A stretch of 64,000 nucleotides of DNA, from the NCBI RefSeq assembly GCF_024298765.1, contig NZ_CP101210.1; one strand, written 5' to 3'. The translations under genes and the position numbers were made by a program. This document shows positions 56,282 to 64,000 of this stretch, piece after piece. The notes under the pieces were generated by a model. That model worked only from the letters and a program-made list of their open reading frames with translations, did not search any database and was not told where the DNA came from. The DNA comes from Escherichia coli (lineage in GTDB: Bacteria; Pseudomonadota; Gammaproteobacteria; Enterobacterales; Enterobacteriaceae). How positions within the stretch are numbered: position 1 is the stretch's first letter; each line of letters begins with the position of its first letter.

Positions 56282-56845
56282 GTGCCTGAACGCGGATTCA
56301 CTCTTCTGGAAATCATGCTGGTGATTTTCCTTATCGGCCTTGCCAGTGCGGGCGTGGTACAGACGTTTGCGACCGATTCTGAATCGCCCGCGAAAAAAGC
56401 GGCGCAGGATTTTCTGACTCGCTTTGCGCAGTTTAAAGACAGGGCAGTGATCGAAGGGCAGACACTCGGTGTACTAATCGACCCGCCGGGATACCAGTTT
56501 ATGCAGCGTCGTCAGGGGCAGTGGTTGCCCGTTTCTGCGACCCGGTTATCGGCACAGGTTACGGTGCCGAAACAGGTGCAGATGCTGTTACAACCCGGAA
56601 GTGATATCTGGCAGAAGGAATATGCGCTGGAGCTGCAGCGTCGCCGCCTGACGCTGCACGATATTGAACTGGAGCTGCAAAAAGAGGCGAAAAAGAAGAC
56701 ACCGCAGATCCGTTTTTCGCCTTTTGAACCCGCCACGCCGTTTACGCTGCGCTTCTACTCGGCGGCGCAAAACGCATGTTGGGCGGTAAAGCTGGCGCAC
56801 AATGGCGTGTTATCCCTCAATCAATGTGATGAGAGGATGCCATGA
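56282..56845 (+). CDS. gspH: type II secretion minor pseudopilin H
   Basis: GTG start; MPERGFTLLEIMLV prepilin signature. Confidence 0.8.
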   Translation: MPERGFTLLEIMLVIFLIGLASAGVVQTFATDSESPAKKAAQDFLTRFAQFKDRAVIEGQTLGVLIDPPGYQFMQRRQGQWLPVSATRLSAQVTVPKQVQMLLQPGSDIWQKEYALELQRRRLTLHDIELELQKEAKKKTPQIRFSPFEPATPFTLRFYSAAQNACWAVKLAHNGVLSLNQCDERMP

Positions 56846-57213
56846 AGCGCGGATTTACCTTGCTGGAAGTGATGCTCGCGCTGGCGATTTTTGCGTTGGC
56901 CGCCATGGCGGTGTTACAGATTGCCAGCGGTGCGCTGAGTAATCAGCAGATTCTTGAGGAGAAAACGGTAGCGGGCTGGGTAGCTGAAAACCAGACCGCG
57001 CTGCTTTACCTGATGACCCGTGAACAACGAGCGGTCAGGCACCAGGGCGAGAGTGATATGGCAGGAAGCCGCTGGTACTGGCGAACCACACCGCTGAGTA
57101 CAGGCAACGCGCTGCTCCAGGCGGTGGATATTGAAGTCAGCCTTCACGAAGACTTTTCGCCGGTGATTCAGTCACGACGCGCCTGGTTTAGCGCCGTGGG
57201 AGGCCAACAGTGA
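56842..57213 (+). CDS. gspI: type II secretion minor pseudopilin I
   Basis: MKRGFTLLEVMLA; overlaps gspH stop. Confidence 0.85.
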   Translation: MKRGFTLLEVMLALAIFALAAMAVLQIASGALSNQQILEEKTVAGWVAENQTALLYLMTREQRAVRHQGESDMAGSRWYWRTTPLSTGNALLQAVDIEVSLHEDFSPVIQSRRAWFSAVGGQQ

Positions 57214-57815
57214 GAAGGACTCGCGCTGGTTTCACGTTACTGGAAATACTGGTGGCGATAGCCATTTTTGCCTCGCTGGCACTGATGGCGCAGCAGGTGA
57301 CTAACGGCGTCGCACGCGTGAATAGCGCCGTCGCCGATCACGATCAAAAACTAAACCTCATGCAGCAAACGATGAGTTTTCTGACCCACGATCTGACCCA
57401 AATAATGCCGCGTCCGGTAAGAAGCGATCAGGGCCAGCGTGAACCAGCGTTACTGGCTGGCCCTGGCGTGCTGGCGTCTGAGAGTGGAGGAATGCGTTTT
57501 GTGCGCGGCGGTGTGGTTAACCCGTTGATGCGTCTGCCACGCAGCAATCTGCTCACCGTCGGTTACCGCATTCATGACGGCTATCTCGAACGGTTAGCCT
57601 GGCCGCTGACCGACGCAGCAGGCAGCGTGAAGCCGACAATGCAAAAGTTGATTCCGGCGGATTCGCTCCGCTTGCAGTTCTACGACGGCACGCGCTGGCA
57701 GGAGAGCTGGTCGTCAGTACAGGCGATCCCTGTGGCAGTGCGCATGACCCTGCATTCGCCGCAATGGGGCGAGATTGAACGCATCTGGTTGTTACGCGGG
57801 CCGCAATTATCATGA
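57210..57815 (+). CDS. gspJ: type II secretion minor pseudopilin J
   Basis: GTG start; RAGFTLLEILVA prepilin signature. Confidence 0.8.
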   Translation: MRRTRAGFTLLEILVAIAIFASLALMAQQVTNGVARVNSAVADHDQKLNLMQQTMSFLTHDLTQIMPRPVRSDQGQREPALLAGPGVLASESGGMRFVRGGVVNPLMRLPRSNLLTVGYRIHDGYLERLAWPLTDAAGSVKPTMQKLIPADSLRLQFYDGTRWQESWSSVQAIPVAVRMTLHSPQWGEIERIWLLRGPQLS

Positions 57816-58789
57816 TCACCTCACCACCAAAACGCGGAATGGCACTGGTCGTGGTGCTGGTATTGCTGGCGGTTATGATGCTGGTGACCATCACGCTTTC
57901 CGGGCGAATGCAGCAACAACTTGGGCGAACGCGCAGCCAGCAGGAGTACCAGCAGGCGCTGTGGTACAGCGCCAGTGCGGAAAGCCTGGCGTTGAGCGCA
58001 CTCAGTCTGAGCCTGAAAAATGAAAAGCGCGTGCATCTGGCGCAGCCGTGGGCTTCCGGCCCTCGTTTTTTCCCACTGCCGCAGGGGCAAATTGCCGTCA
58101 CCCTGCGTGACGCCCAGGCCTGCTTTAACCTGAATGCCCTCGCTCAGCCGACAACGGCGTCGCGTCCTATCGCGGTACAACAACTGATTGCCCTGATCTC
58201 GCGCCTGGATGTGCCTGCTTATCGGGCCGAACTGATAGCCGAAAGCCTGTGGGAGTTTATTGACGAGGACCGCAGCGTGCAGACGCGTCTGGGGCGTGAA
58301 GACAGCGAGTATCTCGCCCGCTCGGTGCCGTTCTACGCCGCCAATCAACCGCTGGCCGATATCAGTGAGATGCGCGTGGTACAGGGAATGGACGCCGGAC
58401 TTTATCAAAAACTGAAACCGCTGGTCTGTGCGCTGCCGATGACCCGCCAGCAAATCAACATCAATACCTTAGACGTCACGCAAAGTGTGATTCTTGAGGC
58501 GCTGTTTGACCCGTGGTTAAGCCCTGTTCAGGCGCGGGCGTTATTACAACAACGTCCGGCGAAGGGCTGGGAAGATGTCGATCAGTTTCTTGCTCAGCCG
58601 CTACTTGCAGACGTCGATGAGCGTACTAAAAAACAGCTAAAAACCATCCTGAGCGTGGACAGCAATTACTTCTGGCTGCGTTCAGATATCACCGTGAATG
58701 AGATTGAACTGACGATGAATTCGTTAATTGTCCGCATGGGCCCACAACACTTTTCTGTTCTCTGGCATCAGACAGGAGAAAGTGAGTGA
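57812..58789 (+). CDS. gspK: type II secretion minor pseudopilin K
   Basis: 325 aa; N-terminal TM helix; overlaps gspJ stop. Confidence 0.85.
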   Translation: MITSPPKRGMALVVVLVLLAVMMLVTITLSGRMQQQLGRTRSQQEYQQALWYSASAESLALSALSLSLKNEKRVHLAQPWASGPRFFPLPQGQIAVTLRDAQACFNLNALAQPTTASRPIAVQQLIALISRLDVPAYRAELIAESLWEFIDEDRSVQTRLGREDSEYLARSVPFYAANQPLADISEMRVVQGMDAGLYQKLKPLVCALPMTRQQININTLDVTQSVILEALFDPWLSPVQARALLQQRPAKGWEDVDQFLAQPLLADVDERTKKQLKTILSVDSNYFWLRSDITVNEIELTMNSLIVRMGPQHFSVLWHQTGESE

Positions 58790-59964
58790 GTTCCATGCTT
58801 GAGATTTTTTTCCCGCTTTGCGCCGCTGATCCCATCCGTTGGCAGCGCCATACACCCGACGTGGAGCACGGTATCTGGCCTGACGTTGCTGACGAACGTC
58901 TCCAGCAATGGCTGCAAACTGATGCGATTCGACTCTACATTCCCGGCGAATGGATCAGCGTCTGGCAGGTTGAACTGCCTGATGTGCCCCGCAAGCAGAT
59001 ACCGACGATTCTGCCCGCCTTGCTGGAAGAAGAGCTGAACCAGGATATCGATGAACTGCATTTCGCCCCGTTGAAAATCGACCAGCAACTGGCAACCGTA
59101 GCTGTGATTCACCAGCAGCATATGCGCAACATTGCGCAGTGGTTGCAGGCAAACGGCATCGCCCGCGCTACCGTCGCGCCGGACTGGATGTCCATTCCTT
59201 GTGGGTTTATGGCTGGCGATGCGCAACGGGTTATCTGCCGTATCGATGAATGCCGGGGATGGAGCGCCGGGCGGGCGCTGGCTCCGGTCATGTTCCGCGC
59301 ACAGCTCAATGAGCAGAATTTACCGATTTCACTAACTGTGGTCGGCATTGCACCGGAAGAACTGTCTGCATGGGCTGGTGCGGACGCCGAACGCCTGACC
59401 GTTACGGCTCTGCCCGCCATTACCACTTATGGCGAACCGGAAGGGAACCTGCTAACAGGGCCGTGGCAGCCTCGTGTTAGCTACCGAAAACAGTGGGCGC
59501 GCTGGCGGGTGATGATTCTGCCGATATTGCTGATTCTGGTTGCGCTGGTAGTGGAACGGGGCGTGACGTTATGGAGCGTCAGCGAACAGGTGGCGCAAAG
59601 CCGCACCCAGGCGGAGAAACAGTTCTTAACGCTATTCCCGGAGCAGAAGCGGATTGTGAATTTACGCTCGCAGGTGACGATGGCGCTGAAAAAATATCGC
59701 CCACAGGCTGATGATACCGATCTGCTTGCCGAGTTGTCTGCGATCGCCAGTACCCTGAAATCCGCATCACTTTCCGACATTGAGATGCGTGGTTTCACCT
59801 TTGATCAAAAACGCCAGACGCTTCACCTCCAGCTACGGGCTGCGAACTTTGCCAGCTTCGACAAACTGCGTAGCGCACTGGCGGTAGATTATGTTGTGCA
59901 ACAGGACGCGTTACAGAAAGAGGGTGATGCGGTTTCCGGCGGCGTAACGTTGCGGAGGAAATAA
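58786..59964 (+). CDS. gspL: type II secretion system protein L
   Basis: 392 aa (GTG 58786 or ATG 58795); single TM near residue 250. Confidence 0.8.
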   Translation: MSSMLEIFFPLCAADPIRWQRHTPDVEHGIWPDVADERLQQWLQTDAIRLYIPGEWISVWQVELPDVPRKQIPTILPALLEEELNQDIDELHFAPLKIDQQLATVAVIHQQHMRNIAQWLQANGIARATVAPDWMSIPCGFMAGDAQRVICRIDECRGWSAGRALAPVMFRAQLNEQNLPISLTVVGIAPEELSAWAGADAERLTVTALPAITTYGEPEGNLLTGPWQPRVSYRKQWARWRVMILPILLILVALVVERGVTLWSVSEQVAQSRTQAEKQFLTLFPEQKRIVNLRSQVTMALKKYRPQADDTDLLAELSAIASTLKSASLSDIEMRGFTFDQKRQTLHLQLRAANFASFDKLRSALAVDYVVQQDALQKEGDAVSGGVTLRRK

Positions 59965-59965
59965 C

Positions 59966-60502
59966 ATGTTACGCGATAAATTTATTCACTATTTTCAGCA
60001 ATGGCGTGAACGCCAGTTAAGCCGTGGCGAACACTGGCTGACACAACACCTGGCGGGGCGTTCGCCGCGTGAAAAGGGCATGTTACTGGCAGCGGCGGTG
60101 TTTCTGTTTAGCGCCGGATATTACGTCCTCATCTGGCAGCCTTTGAGCGAACGGATTGAGCAACAGGAGACGATGTTGCAACAGATGGTGGCGATGAACG
60201 CGCGACTGAAGAGCGCCGCGCCGGATATTATTGCGGCGCGAAAATCCGCCACAACAACGCCTGCACAGGTATCGCGGGTCATCAGCGATAGTGCTTCTGC
60301 GCACTCAGTGGTTATCAAGCGGATAGCCGAGCGCGGGGAGAATATTCAGGTCTGGATAGATCCGGTGGTGTTTAATGACCTGCTGAACTGGTTAAAAGCA
60401 CTGGATGAAAAGTATGCGCTGCGGGTGACACAAATTGATGTCAGCGCAGGTGAGAAGCCTGGAATGGTGAATGTGCAGCGGCTGGAATTTGGACGGGGAT
60501 AA
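59966..60502 (+). CDS. gspM: type II secretion system protein M
   Basis: 178 aa; N-terminal TM; last gene of operon. Confidence 0.8.
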   Translation: MLRDKFIHYFQQWRERQLSRGEHWLTQHLAGRSPREKGMLLAAAVFLFSAGYYVLIWQPLSERIEQQETMLQQMVAMNARLKSAAPDIIAARKSATTTPAQVSRVISDSASAHSVVIKRIAERGENIQVWIDPVVFNDLLNWLKALDEKYALRVTQIDVSAGEKPGMVNVQRLEFGRG

Positions 60503-60615
60503 AGTATCAGGAGATTAATATCAATAAAATTACTCTCGTTAACGTGGCGAGAGTAATTCCCCCAGACTTTATAAGCTAATTTTTTTCGTGAAGGTTATTG
60601 TCAGAGCCAAAAGCA

Positions 60616-60645
60616 AAAACCCGCCTTGTGGCGGGTTCTTAAGAA
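60616..60645 (-). terminator. rho-independent terminator (minus strand)
   Basis: cccgcc-ttgt-ggcggg stem-loop; on the minus strand it is followed by tttttgctttt. Confidence 0.6.
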
Positions 60646-60649
60646 TTAG

Positions 60650-60668
60650 TGGTGCCCGGACTCGGAAT
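60650..60668 (-). other. 19-nt tRNA-Phe 3'-end fragment (att-site direct-repeat remnant; island boundary)
   Basis: tggtgcccggactcggaat equals reverse complement of tRNA-Phe 3' end (...ATTCCGAGTCCGGGCACCA); no full tRNA present. Confidence 0.7.
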
Positions 60669-60915
60669 GAAACTGGTTATATAACCAATTGTTTTGTATC
60701 GACTGTTTTATCCTTGTTCTTTTTGAGGCCACCAATGAGGCCCCCATGTGCAATTCGAATTCTTTTGACGCTATAATCCCTCTTTCTTGTGGTTTGTTGT
60801 AATCATTTTGTCTGGTTCGATATGCTGAATCGCGGAATCGAAGTGACAACAAAATACAGAGATTTATAAAATACCTGGCTACCTGTGTTAGGGAGCGTTA
60901 ACGCACAGATTTTGT

Positions 60916-61242
60916 TTATGGCTGCCAGAAATGATCTGATGGTTTGTCGTCTGGCTCTGCAAGTACCCTGTTGATATCCCGGGAACCATGAACGATACGT
61001 TCGATACGAACTTCAGTATCCAGTACCCTGAACAGCAGAAGGTAACGACCATACGAACAACCTCTGATCCCAGCCCCTAACTCGGGTCTTTCTCTGTAGA
61101 GTACTGGCGATTCGGCTATCAACAGACATTGTTGGTAAAGCTCTTCGGTAAAACTGATTGCACGGACAGGATTATCCTGAGCGATCCAGTCACCTATAGC
61201 TTCAAGATCGTGTTCTGCTAATGGTGAAACAGTCAGTTTCAT
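60916..61242 (-). CDS. ParE/RelE-family type II toxin
   Basis: 108 aa; 4-nt overlap with upstream antitoxin gene; ParE-like sequence. Confidence 0.7.
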   Translation of the reverse strand: MKLTVSPLAEHDLEAIGDWIAQDNPVRAISFTEELYQQCLLIAESPVLYRERPELGAGIRGCSYGRYLLLFRVLDTEVRIERIVHGSRDINRVLAEPDDKPSDHFWQP

Positions 61243-61502
61243 ATTGGCTGTTCACCTTCTGCCATCTTTTTGTATTTGTGCGTCAGTCGCCCGAATACCT
61301 CTTCAGCACTTTTACTTTCACCGCTGTTGATGCCTGCGGCCACGGCGCTCTGGAGTGATTCAAGCTTTATCTGCTGTTCCCGTTCTTCCAGAGCACGAAG
61401 TCCGGCACGAATGACTTCACTTGTATTGTTGTACCGACCACTTTCTATTTGTTCGCGGATAAACGTTTCAAAGTAAGGACTGAGGGATACACTGGTAGGC
61501 AT
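61239..61502 (-). CDS. ParD-like type II antitoxin
   Basis: 87 aa; ribbon-helix-helix-like N-terminus; immediately upstream of the toxin. Confidence 0.7.
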   Translation of the reverse strand: MPTSVSLSPYFETFIREQIESGRYNNTSEVIRAGLRALEEREQQIKLESLQSAVAAGINSGESKSAEEVFGRLTHKYKKMAEGEQPI

Positions 61503-61573
61503 GGTTATTTTCTCGCCGATTGATTACTATCAATTAATAATAGTTAATATTCGCGAATTGTAAAATACCTCTT

Positions 61574-62440
61574 TTATGCCTTGCGGCTTTTGTTCACTGT
61601 GCTTGCCAGGGCTTCCGGGTAGTGTCTGGCAATAATATCATTAAGCCTGTCAACCAGCTCTGGTTTCCTGAACGTGATGTGCGCGGAGCCCTTCTTAAAG
61701 TATCTGATGCTGAACATCTCATCTTCATAGTCCTCTTTACCCTGAACAGACTGGATGTGATCATCCAGATGAATGGTGATGTTTTCCCGGTTGTCGGGGA
61801 TCGGTTTGCCGCTGAACAGGTGCAGCATTCTTTCCAGATCGGCAAGTCGATCGGCCTGTTGTCCGGTGATAAGATGAAACCCCCACCGGTCCCACCTCAC
61901 CAGATTGTTGACGATAATTTTACTGCCAAATTTGCAGGGTGAATTGGTTTTGTAATTCCAGCTCAGTCCTCTGAAAACGTTGAGCACCCCTCGCTCAAAC
62001 ACTTCATCTTTGTTCTGGTGCAGTTGTTCAAACGTGCTCAGGATATTTGCTTCGCTGATTTCCGGAAAATTATCGTACTCCAGTGACCGGTACCATGTAT
62101 CACGGGCTTGTGCATCCATTAATGACAGCATCCCTGAACGTTGCATCAGATCACGCCAGATTTCGCGGTCAAGGTTGCGGGTGATGGCTTTCATTGCGGT
62201 TTCCGGTTTTTCCATCAGCCAGCAACCGCAGCGAAAATCCTGTTTCATGGCCCAGTCCAGTGCAGTTTTACCTCCGATGCTTTCCGTCAGCACCGAGATT
62301 TCTGCCAGTTGCCGGATAAGTGTGTCGATTTGCAGCAGCGCACTCTTTCGTACAGCCAGAATGTGGCGGATGCTGGTTGAGCCGATAACGTCCGTATGCC
62401 CGTTGACCACTTCCGGACGGGGGGCTGTGATTTCAGACAT
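61574..62440 (-). CDS. hypothetical protein, 288 aa (island cargo)
   Basis: Long ORF with no conflicting frame; function not recognisable. Confidence 0.55.
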   Translation of the reverse strand: MSEITAPRPEVVNGHTDVIGSTSIRHILAVRKSALLQIDTLIRQLAEISVLTESIGGKTALDWAMKQDFRCGCWLMEKPETAMKAITRNLDREIWRDLMQRSGMLSLMDAQARDTWYRSLEYDNFPEISEANILSTFEQLHQNKDEVFERGVLNVFRGLSWNYKTNSPCKFGSKIIVNNLVRWDRWGFHLITGQQADRLADLERMLHLFSGKPIPDNRENITIHLDDHIQSVQGKEDYEDEMFSIRYFKKGSAHITFRKPELVDRLNDIIARHYPEALASTVNKSRKA

Positions 62441-62524
62441 AATCGATATTCCTTTTTGCAGATAAATGAAAACGCCAGCCCTGTTCAGGCTGGCGTCAGT
62501 GGAATGAAGTCTGGTGAGTAAGAC

Positions 62525-62767
62525 TCACCGGTTCTGTTGCAGAAGCTGCAACTGGCGCAGGATACGGATATCCTCCCTGGCCTGTTCGATACAGGGCAAC
62601 AGTGCTGCCGAATCCGTTCTATCCTCATCGTTGTCAAAGATAATTCCCGATTCGCAGTCGATATTGTCCTGTAGCCACGCAATCAGAATATCCAGTGCGG
62701 TTTCCGTGGTTAATGATTTCATGTTGTTCCTGGTTACCAGTCGAAAGTGGGCAGGTCCGGCAGACAT
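62525..62767 (-). CDS. hypothetical small protein, 80 aa
   Basis: ORF only; partially overlaps the next ORF. Confidence 0.35.
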   Translation of the reverse strand: MSAGPAHFRLVTRNNMKSLTTETALDILIAWLQDNIDCESGIIFDNDEDRTDSAALLPCIEQAREDIRILRQLQLLQQNR

Positions 62768-63225
62768 TCAGCGCTGGCATCCAGATGAATGAGACTGACG
62801 CCATAACGTCGGGTAAGTGTGACAACCAGACGACGGAACGTTTTTGACAGGCCCAGGCGCTTAAGCCGCAGAACCGGGTATGACCACGCATCGGTACGTA
62901 ACAGATATCCGCTACCTGTGAAATGAATCCATTCTGATTCGCCGGTGCCATTCGTCTGATGTGACAGCGAGTACAGCCAGGCGTTGTCCTTTGCCGTGAT
63001 ATGCGCGGTACTGCAGCGTATGCCGGTAAGGGCCGCCGCAGATGATGGCGTGCGCTCTGCTGATGTCCGGTCAGATTCATCAACAACACGAAGGGAGTAA
63101 CCGTTATCGCAGACCACGTTAATCAGTTCAGCGAGAGTAACACCATCGACGTCAACGACAATGCGCCCCATGTTCAGTGCCTGCACGTTAATGCTGTCGG
63201 CTTCCAGCGTCAGGGCCAGTTTCAT
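62734..63225 (-). CDS. hypothetical protein downstream of CbtA-like toxin (YeeW-position gene)
   Basis: 163-aa ORF; start overlaps toxin stop by 4 nt. Confidence 0.5.
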   Translation of the reverse strand: MKLALTLEADSINVQALNMGRIVVDVDGVTLAELINVVCDNGYSLRVVDESDRTSAERTPSSAAALTGIRCSTAHITAKDNAWLYSLSHQTNGTGESEWIHFTGSGYLLRTDAWSYPVLRLKRLGLSKTFRRLVVTLTRRYGVSLIHLDASAECLPDLPTFDW

Positions 63226-63599
63226 TGTTTCGCCCCCGGATGTTTACCCAGGGTAATGTTATTTACCGTTCTGTAATTGTCGCGGGCCATCAGGCCGGTT
63301 GCCCGGCGGGCCCGGAGGATATCAATACTGTTTATTAACTGAGAACGGGTACAGGCGCTGAATCCTGGCTGGTCGGTACGTACCAGTGCGTATTTTTCAA
63401 CGAGAAAGTTCACCGCATCGCACAGTGAAATGCCTGCCTCAATATGCTGCTCAATCACACGTTCATCAGCGAACGGTGTGTCATTCAGTGTGAGGCCGTA
63501 ATGCTGGTCCAACAGTCGGGTGAGCAGTGTCTGCCAGATGGTGACGGGAGACGGGCAGCGCGATGCCTCCCGTACGTGTGTGTCAGGTAATGTTTTCAT
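63222..63599 (-). CDS. CbtA/YeeV-family type IV toxin (cytoskeleton-binding)
   Basis: ATG at 63599 (MKTLP...), 125 aa; near-identical to the CbtA/YkfI/YpjF family as recalled. Confidence 0.8.
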   Translation of the reverse strand: MKTLPDTHVREASRCPSPVTIWQTLLTRLLDQHYGLTLNDTPFADERVIEQHIEAGISLCDAVNFLVEKYALVRTDQPGFSACTRSQLINSIDILRARRATGLMARDNYRTVNNITLGKHPGAKQ

Positions 63600-63645
63600 C
63601 TTAAGTTCTCTGTAACTGGTAGTGCTAAAGGTGAGATATTCGGGG

Positions 63646-64000
63646 TTATGAGGTGGTTGCGGGTGCCAGTGTCGGATAAACAGCCATATAAACGTAACCA
63701 CAGCTGCCGAGGGTGTCGGCTTCGCAGGTCAGCCCTCTGGCATACAGCGTGACGGTATGCTGATGGCGGGGATTCAGTTCACCGCTGGTGAGCATGAGTT
63801 CCAGTTGTTTCATCAGCAGCGGAAAGGCCTGGTCCAGATGATACGCATCCGCGTCGCTAAACTGCCCCCTGATACCGGCGCGGTCGGCAAGGTAATGCAA
63901 CCGGTTACCCTCCTGCACCAGACGTGCCCCGAAACAGGGCGTCACGGTGCAGGGGAGCCCCCACCAGGGGCGGTCGTTGTTGTTGTCGGGATGCGTTGTC
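63646..64000 (-). CDS. CbeA/YeeU-family antitoxin, 3' portion (5' end beyond window end)
   Basis: Frame stays open to the window edge (…DNNNDRPWWGLPCTVTPCFGARL…); matches CbeA/YfjZ family. Confidence 0.75.
   Translation of the reverse strand, partial: TTHPDNNNDRPWWGLPCTVTPCFGARLVQEGNRLHYLADRAGIRGQFSDADAYHLDQAFPLLMKQLELMLTSGELNPRHQHTVTLYARGLTCEADTLGSCGYVYMAVYPTLAPATTS

Noticed and set aside
57821-58453. 210-aa minus-strand ORF
   Set aside because: Antisense within gspK
60503-60915. Complete tRNA-Phe gene
   Set aside because: Only the 19-nt 3'-end match is present; the remainder diverges from the tRNA sequence, so this is an att remnant, not a tRNA gene

Overview
This window reads as Escherichia coli chromosome, in reverse orientation relative to the K-12 map as I recall it, running yqhD → metC → exbBD → hyb operon → gss → pitB → yghTSRQ → glcC/glcDEFGBA → sslE (yghJ) → complete T2SS-beta (pppA, yghG, gspC–M) → the pheV-proximal edge of a genomic island. 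Gene identities come from reading the supplied ORF translations and recognising them from memory; no database search was run. Three stretches are accessory relative to K-12. (1) The most interesting is 24879–34086, between yghQ and glcC: a divergent gene set encoding a serine-palmitoyltransferase-like alpha-oxoamine synthase, a dedicated acyl carrier protein, an epimerase/dehydratase-fold reductase, a fatty acyl-AMP ligase-like enzyme and a GNAT-fold acyltransferase (yghO), next to an LptF/LptG-like permease pair, a YtfJ-like secreted protein and an unknown 274-aa protein. This matches the enzyme set described for bacterial ceramide/sphingolipid synthesis in Caulobacter, and I propose it as a candidate sphingolipid-like lipid synthesis and export system; this is inference from motifs and gene content. 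(2) An intact sslE plus a full gspC–M type II secretion operon. (3) From about 60650 onward, an island bounded by a 19-nt tRNA-Phe 3'-end repeat and carrying ParDE and CbtA/CbeA toxin–antitoxin pairs. No rRNA, complete tRNA, CRISPR array or transposase gene was seen.
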